In this document: one piece after another, positions 12,601-25,144 of the stretch
Layout of the letters: each line of letters opens with the position of its first letter
How positions within the stretch are numbered: the stretch's first letter is position 1
Source of the DNA: Phoronis australis
Lineage: Eukaryota > Animalia > Phoronida
Assembly (NCBI GenBank): GCA_002633005.1
Contig: NMRA01000999.1
Coordinates: 1-64,000, forward strand
Direction: 5' to 3'
Length of the DNA stretch: 64,000 bases
The notes under the pieces: model-generated
The model's input: only the letters and a program-made list of their open reading frames with translations
The model's database searches: none
What the model was told of the DNA's origin: nothing
Program-made: the position numbers and the translations under genes

Positions 12601-15600
12601 ATCATTTGAAAAATGTTCCTTATATGTTCCATTGAAGGAATTTTCTATTTTCTAAAATGTTTCTCTCAGGGTAGTTATTTAAGCATCCATTTTGTTTATC
12701 AACTAAACTCACCACTAAAGCCACAGCTAGCGATCGTACTCCTTTTTCTCCTAAACAGTAACGCCTCAGTTCCAGCAAGGGATCGGAGAGACTTCGGGTG
12801 ATGACGGAAACCGGAGGTATTCGAAGTCGGCGACACGCTTCTTCGTAGCACTTCGCGTAGAGTTTCTTTTCTGTAGGTATCATCGGAAAGATGGGGGCTT
12901 TGGTCACTGTTAAAAAAAACCCATTAAATGTGTTTCGTCAATCGTGTTTTCCATTCAGCTTCCATTGCCCAGTCTGTACATTTAATGCAGGTGAATGTTA
13001 ATGCTTGCTTTAGTGTATGAATTTAGGCTTAGAGCAAACCCTTGAATAAGATTCAAATGTCCAAACTAACTGAAACTTGGGCATAAAGTTTCTACCAGGT
13101 TGCACGGACCAACGCGTAGCGCAACATTTTGAACATCAGATTCCAAACGTGTGCTAAATAACGTTGGTCACTATTTGCATATTTCTGCTTCCAGTCAACC
13201 CTACTCGTATTCCTCTGAGATGGGTCGGTCAGCAAACATCTTGTTTATATCTTGAATTTGTAATGGTGGACACAGACTGAAGTAGGAAAATCTTTTACAA
13301 GCGATTTTCTTCGATACGTTTGATGCTTTCATTCAGTAAATTAAGTCAACTGCAACTTTGTCAAAAACACTGTGTTGTGTGTCCATGTTCCTTATTCTAA
13401 CGCGTGTGCATTACATGTACTTTTTAGGTCTATTTTCTATCGCCAGGTCTCGGCAGTTACAAAGGGTGATATGATATTTTCATCTGTTTTCTTTATCATT
13501 GTCATTATCATTGTCATTGACATTGCTGATTTAGTTGTTATGGTCATTGCCGTTACTATGGTTACAATTCTAATGAATTGTCTTATCGTGGACGTAGTAG
13601 CTCTCGTGGCACTAAGAAAAACATTGCCACACTTTCACTAGCACCAAACGTCATACATTTTCCATGCTATGACGTTTGGTCCTCACCAAACGCACGTATT
13701 GAATGCCAATTGAGCACACCTGCGCTTCGCGCATCTACGGTTGATTTAGTTTTAACTTTCATGTAATGTATTGGGTTAAACTATCATTGATAGATGTAAA
13801 CATGCCGGTACACGAGAGGTTATTTGTGTTGTTTTCATAAGACACATCCTATCACAACGCAGGAGATTATAAGCGAATAATAACGCTGTGCACATGTTGT
13901 CTTTTGATCTGTTTGCTATGCAAGGAAGGGTTTATCTATAGGGAACTTAGCAATACACCTGGCTCATTTGGTCTTTTGTGTGCTGACTTGATGCGTTAGA
14001 ATGTGTTCACATATTTCAATTGAAGCCGTGAATCAAATGCTTTTGATAAACCTATCTAAAATGATCACCGCTGGCCTGTTCGTGTGGAAGCGTTTACGTT
14101 CACAGGTGTGTGTTTTATTTAAAAACTTTTTCCCAGCACGTCGGGATTTGGAAATTACCACTAAGGTGCCGAAAAGAACAGGTGAATTTAATCATTTAGG
14201 ACGGAAACAATAAAGCCAGTCTAAAGGCTCAAAATAAAGTTTAAGCAACTATTCCACGCTTGCTCGGCAAATCACGCGAGAATTTTCTATTTAGATCGGA
14301 CCTCTGTGTGACAATATTAAACAACGGAGCTTTGTGGGAATATAACACGCCTCTGATAAAAAGATTATCGAAAGATTATATCAAATCTAAGCTCTTTACA
14401 AAAGGCATGAGAGGTGCTCTTCGCATTTGCCCAAAGTGTTTTCTTTGTTTGTTCTTCGAGGTGCAAACGAAGTCAAAGCAAATACAAGTCGACGCGAACT
14501 ACCTCCTCAAAGTAGCGGCTCACTCTTGTGACTAATCAATCACGTTTCTCTAATCCTCTGATAAGGTAAACACATTGTCCATGTGTACAAAGGATTTGCA
14601 TACAGGTATGAAACAGTGGGATAGTGAGCAAGGAATCAATTCCGTCGTCTTCTCTATATTTTGCTGATAAGTACGCCATCATCTTAAGAACCGTAGCAAT
14701 GCAACGCCGTACTAAAAGCTAACATGCGTAATATTAACCGTTTAAGAGAGATAAATTTTCCAACTGGCTCCCTAAAATGAAATAATGCCATGTAACCCTT
14801 ATTTAACCCTAAACAATCTGGATTGAGTTTGATAACTCTTTACAAATTATTTTCAACAATGACCTGCAAGCGTGCCTAACGGCCGGGCCAGGGGAGTTAC
14901 CCGATACCTATATGGGGAAATGCAACTTACCAAAAGCCAGGTGACCTCTCTTATGAAATAGTGGGATTTTTAGCGTTTTCAGTTGAATACTAAATACTTT
15001 GTCATTCAGGCGATATACAAATGGTGGGAGAACATGGATTGGCAGAAAGAAAAATAATCGCCGTTTATCTCGCTGAAAAGGAAAATCGAATCAAAGCTTT
15101 TACTCTCAAATATTGATTTCACAATATTCCATACCGGTATAATACATTATTTCCTGGAACAGGAGCTTCTAAACCATCAGCGACTAAAGAAAACGCCTTC
15201 AGGTTTTGTTGGGGTGGTCGAACCCTAGAATTGTGGAATCGAAATTGGTGCAGGAGTTGCCGGCTCAGTTGAAAAAAAATCATGAACGGATGAACGTGGC
15301 AATAGTTTTAAACCCCGAAGCGCTTCAGTTTAAACGTTCATATTGCCAGCTAAACTGGGTGCGAAATACTGCTTTAACTAACGTTGTCCGTTGGCCACCA
15401 CCAGGGATGGTCAGAGAGATACTTCATCTTTCAACACACGTTATATTAATAGGCAACTTACCATCTCTGCTGATAGAATAATCCGCGAAAGTGAACTGTT
15501 TCGTTACTTCTCTTGCTAACGCCAAAATCTCGTTGTTATTGTTATTATCGTCATTGCTGTCCGTATTCTCGACGTTTTCATCGCTTTCACTGATCTTGTC

Positions 15601-18363
15601 GCCAGTAGGACTTAAGTCCTCGTCGTGATCATCCAGTTTCGGCAAGTAGAACCGTGACGTAGTGAGCGTCAGTGGGATCTTACTGTTAGATCTTCTTGTA
15701 GACATCAAGTGCGTCTGAAAATGATTTTATTATATAAACATGGGAATAAAGAAGAAAAAAACTCCCTAGAAACCTGTGTGTATTGAAACGACAAATTCCG
15801 ACCCAAGTAGCGTTGATATTTGATGACTAAAAACCGCTTGCGAGAGATTGTCTGTGTGTTCAAATCTACTCCACTACAAACCCATAGAGATGAACAGAAT
15901 ATCTCACTTATAATGCGTTCAAAAACACAACAGCCTCAAGAGTGGTAATCACGAGAAAAATGCAAGAGATGAAACCACTCGGGGCTCATAAATTCGTCTT
16001 GAAATCATGTAACCCGAGGCGTTGACTTTGATTTCTTGAAATGCATAGGCTAATACTAAAAAAATGTCACAATCCGGCAATATCAAATTCCGCCTTACGG
16101 TCTCTGCTGCTCGGCAACTTCGTTAGTCTAAAGACAACTGTCGGTACTTTGCCAACGGCACGTATGGGACCATTGCCCTGTCAGACAGGACAACAGGACA
16201 ACAGACACGTAATCAAACTTGCGTGAACCTACAGTATTACATTGCGAACTGACAGCTTTGACGCTTTGCAATTGTGCATCACATCAAAATTGCGTAAGCT
16301 ACGCATACAAAGTGATGTTATTTTTGAAAGCACCCTCCGGATGAAGCAATATACGTAATAGTCATCTGGGGGGGGGGGGGGGGANGGGGGTAATCAATTA
16401 GTGAAAAAGAAGCCATGAACAATTATGGCCATTGCGGGCAGTGATTGAACATCGTTTCTTCGACACATCACTTAATGTGCTCATCCAAAACATCTAGCAT
16501 CATACAGCCGTTTGTGTCGACCAGTGAAGCACAACTCAGTTGTTTTATTTTAGCGCCAGACGGGGTTTTAACGACACATGTTAACATCGTCATAACAAAT
16601 AACCGTGACATTCGCTGAATCCTCAAGCAATGAAGTGTATCACATTATGTCTTTAAATCTCATTTTTAATTGGTAAACTGATATCAATCAGTTAATCCAA
16701 TAGCCCTGGTGTTGGCCAGTTTAATCATCGAGAGATAAAACTTATATTAAGAAACACGACCCATCCTAGAACATTGTGCTCTGTGTAGAGCATGCGCTAT
16801 GCCTCGTTAGTACGTTTCCGTTTTATCATCCGAGATATCGGGGTAGCTGTAATCTGAACATTTCGATTTGGGTCAACAATAAATCAAGAACGTTTTCAAC
16901 TCTTAAAGATCCACAAATTGATGTCGCGAAAGGCTGAAATTGCCGGAATAGTCAATTGAGACGGCGAATAGCGGGGTTGAAAAGGACACTGCGGGCGAGA
17001 AATTGATTTCTGACGTCGGTTTTAGCGTAGAATCGAACTTGGAATCCCCGCGGTGGCAATCGAACGCTTTACTGGCGGAGCTAAACACCACTTGATGAAT
17101 GACAGAATATTATAGTTATTTAACCGCTAAAGTCACCGCTTAGATTTTAGCGAATGTCTGGCAGACACTGTAAAAAATTAGCGAATTGAAAAATCCCCAA
17201 AAATTATCAACCCCATCTCACAACATTCTCGAGTCAATCTGCGTTTGTTTTCTCGGCCGTAAAACTGCTAATATCCCTTAAGCTACAATAATCGGATCTT
17301 AAATCCATCACAATGCATACTTCAGTGAGCAAGTACGACAAGATTGGCGGGATGCCTGGGAATACGAGGAACCCTTCCCTTGTTGACTTTAACATTATCT
17401 CCACGCAGACTTGTTTCCGTATTCACCGCAATTGTCTCATTTTATACTCTCGAATATCACGCTATTTACTTCATCAATCCTGGTCTCTAGGTTTGGCCTC
17501 AGTCCTTTCACATCTCAACTCTATTGTCTAGACTTGAATAACATATTTTAAGGGTCGAGAGTGACTGGATAAAACGACGAGTTAATGTGAAGAATTGCAC
17601 TAAAAAGTGGATACGAGTTTAGAACGCGATATCGTTCAGGACATTCTTCTTCCGTTTTCTAATACACGAATTTGAGCGTGACAAAACCAACCGGTATTGC
17701 GTCACATAAGTGAGGATAGTTTGCAAATGACATCTCGGTGTACTTTGATTTTCAATGATTTTGATTAGTGTAAATTTATTGATGTACTGAATGTGAGCCA
17801 TTTTGCTGAGCACAACCAGACAATCAAAACAATTCGCGTTAACTTAAAACTTGTATGTTAATTTTAGACCATTTCAGCACTTTTGACGTCATGTTGAAAA
17901 GCATCAATCGGAAATACTTTGTCATAAAATTCGCTTTGAATTGTTTTGTACGGATTTCCTGACAAAATGACACGAAAAGAGTGGTAACATGCTACAAACG
18001 AAAAAATAAAACATCCTGTTGAATGTAACCTATGTCATCGATCAAGTTGATCCAGCAATGAAATGCCTTTTCGTCTGGTCCAAAGAATTTCTCAATGACT
18101 GGTATTTATTTGAAGAACTCACACTTCACGTTTTCATGTTGTACCTGCCGACGCGAAGCACTTCGTTAAGTGAAAATGTTAGCAATGTATTTACGACCGG
18201 AAATACTCACCTTTGTCCTTGAGCGGTGCAGTTCCAAAAACGTTGCCTCTCTGCTACATTTGATGGACTCCGACCCATCGGGGTCCACGGGGGGACCCTC
18301 CAGGGGCGCCAGTTTTACTCCTGGATGTCCCTGTTTGGGACTTGTAGAGCCCCTGTCCATCAT
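6675..18363 (-). CDS. LRRC74A: Leucine-rich repeat-containing protein 74A/B-like (RI-type LRRs plus degenerate C-terminal EF-hand), about 643 aa, 15 coding exons
   Basis: Phase-consistent GT-AG exons on the minus strand: 18211-18363, 15462-15714, 15135-15183, 13205-13276, 13110-13153, 12713-12906, 11981-12088, 11486-11579, 11116-11165, 10050-10131, 9571-9851, 8727-8822, 8066-8335, 7751-7833, 6675-6777 (1932 nt). Translation has SEEYDTRLE (family EYDTDLE-like), YEEACRRLRIPPVS..LGEKGVRSLAVAL, and LRRs SLDLTDNWM, NLSENGIG, LDVSHNEFREVGG, LRLAWNHLRGKG, LDVAWNGFGVEG. The N-terminal small exons and the last exon are less certain. Confidence 0.85.
6889..6940. repeat. 17-bp tandem repeat, 3 units
   Basis: CCGAGTAAGTGTACTTA three times. 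Confidence 0.95.
8066..8335 (-). CDS. LRRC74A: LRRC74-like exon leading into the EF-hand-like region
   Basis: ccag|GACGTT...ATTATG|gtaagc. Translates DVVVDEEF...NPLGVFFEHMNKKGLRIQDLYKRYDTGNREKFVITPQQFKDGIM. Confidence 0.88.
9571..9851 (-). CDS. LRRC74A: LRRC74-like exon with about three LRR units (missing from the ORF track)
   Basis: ttag|AATGC...TTAAAG|gtacgt. Translates CNSTLIELRLAWNHLRGKGSVGLCLGLSENYGLRTLDVAWNGFGVEGAKSLAKMLRVNRTLKDLDVTCNRLNTDAIKHFLKGLMKNESLLSLK. Confidence 0.92.
11234..11386. mobile_element. Short non-autonomous DNA element with CAG(G/T)GGCGGAT TIRs
   Basis: CAGGGGCGGATT...AATCCGCCATTG; flanks ATACT/ATACA; inverted homolog at 21169-21323. Confidence 0.75.
11895..11977. 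repeat. 21-bp tandem repeat, 4 units
   Basis: ATGAGCAGACGACAGTCACTG units that abut the exon donor at 11980. Confidence 0.95.
12713..12906 (-). CDS. LRRC74A: LRRC74-like exon (LRR N-cap)
   Basis: aacag|TGACC...TTAGTG|gtgagt. Translates YAKCYEEACRRLRIPPVSVITRSLSDPLLELRRYCLGEKGVRSLAVALV. Confidence 0.9.
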
Positions 18364-20379
18364 GTTATTGGATTCGTTCGATGTCTCTGCATCGTGTGAA
18401 GTCTTCTTCAGAGTGTAAGCTAAAACAACACGAAAACTGGACGTGTACCATGAAAACGTGTTCAAATAAAATTCTAATATCGGTCCACTTGTACCGTAAG
18501 CGCACAACTTTCAAACTATTCCAATTGTTTTTCAATACCATGAAGAAAAATCAGGACATCTAAGACAGAAAGCCCGCGCATTACGTCACGACATGTGTTG
18601 ATGCTAGATCATATCGTCGTTCTGGAAAAATGATGAAAAGTACTTACATTAAATTCATAAGCCTTCCTACGGGGCACGTGAGAGCCGTGTCTCCTTGATG
18701 CAAGGTAAGAGTACGCGCGTCCATTCTCGACGGGAGGCACAGACATCTTATAAATTATCTACACCCCATTGCGGCGGCATGTCGTGATTATCCGACAGTC
18801 TCCTGGACTACACTAAACTTTACACTTCTGAACTAGCAGGCTTAAGATACCATCGATCGTTTATCAACGACAATCTCTCTACGCATTTCCAAACAACCTT
18901 CCCAGATATATAAAGTTCTATCTAATTAAACGACACTTAAGCTCATCGTTGAAAATCAATTTGATAGATTGAAAATCACGCGGAGCTCCCTCGCGGGTAC
19001 AACAGCTTTTTGATTGTCAATTTATCGAACACACAGTCGTGAATTCAACACCGACAATAAACACAAGTAATAACTTTACTTCATCGTCTTTCAAAGCACC
19101 GCTGGACGTTGTTTGGATGAATGGTCGCTCCTGTGGCGTTTACAAATGACGCGGTGGAGAAAGTGTCGTGCTCTGTTTGATTTGGTTTGGATGGCAATTG
19201 AAAGGAATGAAAAAATCCGGACGCAGGTTTTTTGTACTTAATCAGTGTGGATAAGTTGACTTGACCGGTTGATGAATGGCACTAAAGGCCGCAGGTTAGG
19301 ATTCATGATAGCGGGATGTAAATGAACAACCCAAGATTATTAGAGTGGAAACTCTATCTACAACACCAGTGTTATTCATTTTTTATATATTTTGATAATC
19401 AGTTCGTATTTATCGATCCATTCGCGTTTTCTGAGGCCATCAAATTGGCACGTGGGCCAGTGGCATTTAATACAAGACCGGATCTCATGTGCAAATGGTC
19501 CACAATTCGTGACCCGAGAAGTTAAAAGAACGGTATCACGATGTTATAATCTGTTTCGTTAGAGACGGTGTAATGATCGATGTCTCACTCACACGGACAA
19601 TTCTTGTGGTATCAATGCATGACTATTCAGAAGCGCATTTGTTTGTTACAAATTCACAATAGCTGAATGTCTAAGTCTTGAGGGTTTGGTTATACGGCGC
19701 CGGCATAAACACCGTCTTCGTACTAGTTACAGTTGGTAGCAGAGCTACAAGTAACGATCTGGTCTCATGCTCCTATAGATACGCAACAGAAACTAAACGA
19801 CAATGCTATTTTAACTAAACAAAGTGCAATTGTAGTAAGTGATAACTTGTAAATGTGAAAACAATCCTGCAAATAGGTGAACTATGCACTAATGACCTAC
19901 CTTGTGGGCCCACATAGCCCGCATCTAGGCCAATGCTGGCAGTGTTATTCCCTGACTACGCCACGATACTTTAACGGCAGGACACGGTTCAATGACTTGT
20001 AGTGTATCATTTTCGCAAGAAAACTCGTTCTTAAAAACATTTGTCAATTTTCGTCGTACCCCATATTCATATCGTCGCTATACAGTGTATGTTCATGTTG
20101 TTCTAATTTGGTCAAGTAATCGCTGAGATAAGGAATTAGCGTGCAATTTTCATTATTATGTATGATTCTCTTTCATACTTAGGTGACACCTACATGTATA
20201 GGCCACATGACTCAAAGCAGTTTCAAATCTCTCAGAAAAATAGTTGCACCGGGAAAAGTTGGTAAACGGATAGTAGGAAAAGAGAGGGGGGGGGGCTGTT
20301 TTACTAGCTTCTAAACTTGACAATGAAGCATTGTGTACGGAATGGAAAACACAACCTCGGCTTTCGAAGGGCACTTGGT

Positions 20380-21000
20380 TGTTTCAGAGTTAAAAACAAC
20401 TTTCGATTTAAGTCACACAATTTTATGATATCGGAAAATCGTGAATTGAATTACAAATGATTCTCTGGCTCGAGAAGGACTGCCACCTGGCGAGCTCGTG
20501 ATTTTACTTCAGACTGGCCCCAGACTCATTTTGTGCAGGACCATCGAGATGGCCAAGTTTGGCAAACTTTGGAACATATCATATCTCAGAAATGTCTGAT
20601 CTGAATGTTATGAACATTTCAGACGCCAAACTTAAGTTTATGCAATGTTCTACAAAGTTCTGTTAGGAATTGTTTTTGAAATTCTCCACATTTGCAGAAG
20701 GGACAATTAAAATAGATGTTTTATGATTTTTACAAAAAAACAAAAGACAAAAATAAAATGATAATTCAAAAAAACTGAAACTGCGTTTTTGAGATTTCAG
20801 CCTGTACATTTCAGTTGCTATGGATGTACCTTCTTTTTTGCTATATTTTATTAAAAACACATGGTTACGTGACCTAATTAATAGCAGATTCCCACGAAGT
20901 CAAAATTCAAATTATAATTATTTACTCTTAGGGAGTTAAAATCTATAATGTCGTGGATATGTGGCTAAACACACCAAGTCGATATGATCTTACGTAATAT
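20380..21000 (+). repeat. Interspersed repeat, with relatives at about 32300-32830 and 59060-59570
   Basis: Shared blocks TTTGGCAA...TCATATCTCAGAAA, TTATGCAATGTTCT, GAATTGTTTTTGAAA and AAGTCGATA. Confidence 0.65.
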
Positions 21001-21168
21001 TAGTGACTTGTCACGCGTGCTGTGTCAGTGCGATGCGTAAAACACTGGTATCATACTATTTTTACTTCATAACATTTCTCCCCAGTTTCTTTATAAGGAA
21101 ATATCCGTACCGGAAATTAAACAGATTGGGAACACTGTTGCCGTAACAGTAGGGTCGACTACCCTGTA

Positions 21169-21323
21169 CAGTGGCGGATTTAGAAGGGGACCAAGGGGGC
21201 CATGCCCCCCTAATATTCCCCCAGCTTCCATTTAGCAGTTCGGGGGTGCGAATGTCTGCCGGGAAAAGTCCTGGTTAATACAATGCCCTGCCCCCCCAAC
21301 ACAAAATCCTGGATCCGTCCCTG
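21169..21323. mobile_element. Short non-autonomous DNA element, same family as 11234-11386, opposite orientation
   Basis: CAGTGGCGGATT...GGATCCGTCCCTG; flanks CTGTA/CTGTC; the interior matches the reverse complement of the 11234 copy. Confidence 0.75.
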
Positions 21324-23009
21324 CTGTCGACAACAGTTGTACAGAAACAGCCGTGATCACACACATTCCCGTCCTTACAGACATCCTTGCCTCGATCTAG
21401 TTAACAGTGCTCTTATAGTACTTACGTCACTTGTCTTTGTGGTAATTTCCAATTAGAAATTGTTGCTCTCTGACGCTTTTTTGCATGTAACTCGGTGAGC
21501 GCAGGTTTCAAAGTGCATCGGGTAACAAACTTGAACCAACTAAATGTGTATAATTCATGATCATGATTGAACATTTCAGCGTACAAGCCCCGCTCACCCA
21601 CGTTCTACTTTTACGCACACGTACATGTATCACCAGGTAATTTTCATATTAATTTTATTGTATATTCTATATGATTATCTTTTCATGCATTTGTCAATCA
21701 TTGTTCAAGTTGTAAATGTGAAAGCATTGGGCTGTCTTGCTAATAATCACTCTGTGATTAAGCAAGCGCCCTCTTGAGACACTTTCCATTGAAAAGCCTG
21801 TAATGCATCGAAAAATGTGGGGCGTAGGAACACGTCTATAGGGGTCAGTGAACTTACCTTCTAAGGCATACCCTAGGTAGAGGTCAACGTAGAGGATGTT
21901 CCGAGTCGAATTCTGGCAATCAAGACTCGCGGCCACTGCCCGTTACTGTTGTGCCGATCACCATTAGAAGGTGTGCCAACCACGAACATTGAAGCCACGA
22001 GACTCAGAGATGACTCACTTATATTCTACAGTCAAAGGACTCCTTAGNACGGTGTACTTCTGCTCCCTCGGCGAACTAGTCTTGTGATTTTTTTACCAAA
22101 ATGTGCTTTGTAAAACTATTTATCTCAGCCAGTACTGTTTGGTCCCGCGACAGATCGACTATTTTTATAGGGATAATTAGCACAGGTGTACTCTCAGTGT
22201 ACATCTGCATCTGGTCCCTCTTCAAACTAGTCCAGTGTATCTTTTCACCACTGTGCACAGGATGTTTTGGTTTCGTGAAACTGTTTTCAGATGATTTGTT
22301 TCCTGATAGATTTGACGTTTTTCAATTGTTGTCAACGTGATTCAGCTTAATAAAGTGATACTTAATTATTTATTGTCGCTTGTAATAATAGACTATGAGT
22401 TGAGAGCACCATCGTTCGCCAGTTTTTCTCGTAACGAGACAGAACACATGTTTATTTCCGGACGAACAGTATACAGTAGGTCTTCGTTCTTAAACAACTT
22501 GAGGCTGCTGTGTTACGTGATCATCTGATATTCAAGTTTTTACGCCCAGACGGTGCGCCTTAATTATGCTCTTGAATATTTGGAAATTGTTTAAGCCCCT
22601 GTATACACACCACACTTTTTCGTATACGACTTTTCGTATGCTAAAAAAGGTGTGTGTAAGCAGATGTTCCAACAAAAATTTTTGCTGGTGGCGTGACTCA
22701 TACCCAGATGTACACAATATGGTTTCACGAAACTTATGCGCCAAGTTCATGTGACGAAATCTAGAAGGGTTTTTAATTATCTTAAGAAAAACTGCAGAGA
22801 CATGTTAAGTGCCAGAAACTTACCAGGATGCATGGAAATTTAACTATTTGTTTACAAAAACAAAAAAATTCTTACACGGGAAGGGAAACCCCCCTCCCGA
22901 CCTCCCCCCGCTCGGCGCCACGCGCCTACGATTCGACCTTGGCGGGAATCCTAACCCCCCCTTGCTGAAAACGTAGATCCGCCACTGATATCTCAGCATA
23001 ATTTAATCA

Positions 23010-23390
23010 GGAATGACACCATGTTTCATGGAGGTCGATATTTTGAGTCCTAACACTAAAGCGTCAAGCAAAACGACTAAAGTCTGCAGGGACGGCAACT
23101 CAACCAAAATGTTTTGCACGCCACAGGCTCAGAAGTGGTTCTCCCGCAACAGAAATATTCAAGGTGGACGAGTTCAAGTATATTCAGATGGAATAATATC
23201 TTTGTTTCAGAAAAATTAACTACAGGTGGTCCTATCTGGCTCTTTGTTTTCTTGGGTACGCAAGGGTTCTAATTTTGGTGACTACCAGATCTCGAATTGC
23301 GCGTGCGTGAGTGCGGTGTGTGTGGGTGGTTCCATGTGCGTGTCATTTGTTTATTGTACAATGCTTTTCTGTTTTCAATAAATGAAAAAT
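23010..23390 (+). mobile_element. Possible extreme 3' end of an L1/Tx1 LINE
   Basis: KWFSRNRNIQGG..IISLFQK resembles the ORF2 C-terminal motif IWxxRNxxxF. It is followed by a GT-rich tail, AATAAA near 23377 and a short A run. Confidence 0.3.
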
Positions 23391-23707
23391 GTACAAACAA
23401 GTTTTGCACGGTGCTCTTTCTCAGCAGTTGATAATAGGCTTGGCCAGAGTCTCCAGTCTATAATGGAATATTACTTTTATGTTCAAGTAAATTAGCAAAC
23501 AATTGACAAAAACAGAGCTGCCATTTGGGAAAGTTTTTCCGGTGGTCTGCTACCTGGCGTTTTCAGTTTAGCCGAACGTGCTCTCAAGTCCGTTGCTCTT
23601 GGCGGTCCGTTACCAACTTTCTGTATCGTCCCAAAGGCACACGTGCACACTGACGTCATTCAAGATTTCGCTCAATGAGCAGCAGACCACGTGCTTTCTT
23701 AAATAAA

Positions 23708-24706
23708 CACCTCAACAAAAGATTGGAAATTTGTGTTCACTCGTCCGTGTGTTCATTACTTTTGGTTTAATCAAATCATATTGCATACCGATGAAAAGCC
23801 CAGTCATTACCCTTCCAACGATACCACATTCCGTCAATAAATGTTTATTGTGTTTTAAGTTAGCTGCCAAAGAGGGCGCTTGGTCTCAAACTGAATGTTG
23901 CAAAGCCAAGTGTGTTTTCAGGTTTGAGCATTCAACTTTATCAATAGCAATTATCGTGCTGGACAATTTGACAACAATTAAACACTAAAACAACTGACAA
24001 ATAGAAAGTAGTGATAGTCTGACTGATGGACAACAGTGATAGTCGTCGCAGTACTGGGTTGGTGACAGAACCATTCGCAAACACCGGCTACGACACACCA
24101 TCTCCCCATGCTGTTTACTAGCCTGGCAACGTGTTGATGTTTGAAGGCATCCCTCTCCTGAGTCGAGCCAGTAAGCGCCTCTTAAATCCGCCACGGTGGT
24201 TGTGTTGGTCACTCGGGCGCATACATGTACGCCCTGTCTGAGTTGGTCCGCCCACAGGTGTTCGACAGGGTTCAAGTCTGAGCTGCATGCGGGCCATTCC
24301 ATTTGGAGCCAGAACACCAGATTTTCACACTTGAAGAAAGCTTCAAACTGCATACTCCAAACACAGTTAGCATAATTACGATTCATACTGAGCCTGCTAA
24401 CAGCAGGAGTTCCGTGCTATCATTTGGTGTTTACACATCGGTGTTAATCACCAGCACAGTACGTCATTCACAAGCGGTGATACTGCTGCTTGGCAAACAC
24501 AGGAAAATTTGCAACGTTCACTTTAAGGCCAAGCCCTCTCTGGCAGCAAAGTTGCTGTGCACAACAAACATTAACAAAATATGATAATATTGGAAAGGGA
24601 AATGCCTGAGCTTTCCATTCATAGGCCTAAGCAACATGATTTAAATAAATCAAAATAATGAAAAAACGGACGAGTGAACACAACTTTCCAATCTTTTGTT
24701 GAGGTG
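23708..24706 (-). mobile_element. Internally deleted Tc1/mariner transposon
   Basis: About 40-bp TIRs (CACCTCAACAAAAGATTGGAAA.TTGTGTTCACTCGTCCGT) at both ends. Remnant MEWPACSSDLNPVEHLW matches the Tc1 motif WPxxSPDLNPIEHLW. Confidence 0.9.
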
Positions 24707-24829
24707 CTTAGGTAGAACATTGCAAAATATGGGTCACCTACTTTTTGGTTTGGAAAAGGTTAGAAAGTTTCTCTTGTGCATCATTTGAGCTGTCGTTGTT
24801 GTAAAGAGTTGCAACATTTAGTACCGTTA

Positions 24830-25144
24830 CATGCGCGCAATCGGGGGGGNNNNNNNNNNNNNNNNNNNNNNNNNNNNNNNNNNNNNNNNNNNNNNNNNNN
24901 NNNNNNNNNNNNNNNNNNNNNNNNNNNNNNNNNNNNNNNNGCAGGGGGGATCAAACGAGCCCCACCATTTGGCAAATTGGGTAAAAGGTCCAACTCAGAG
25001 AAAACGAGACAAGAGTGCACTACACTAAAAAGGCGCGAATACACAATTCACAGCTCCGAACGTGGTACCCCGTTTTTTATTAGTAAAAGGTCCACATTGT
25101 CGAAAATTTGAGCCAACAAATCTTTTAGGCTGGGCGCGTGCATG
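24830..25144 (+). mobile_element. CATGCGCGCA-terminated MITE (contains an N gap)
   Basis: CATGCGCGCA...GCGCGTGCATG; flanks CGTTA/CGTAA; homologous to the copies at 30040 and 54906. Confidence 0.75.

Noticed and set aside
13372-13641. Hydrophobic ORF that looks transmembrane
   Set aside because: It comes from an intronic CAT/TGT-type low-complexity tract, and the opposite strand gave no phase-compatible exon with a good donor.
16903-17091. Candidate extra LRRC74 exon
   Set aside because: The frame required after the acceptor hits a stop at once, and the flanking exons join in phase without it.
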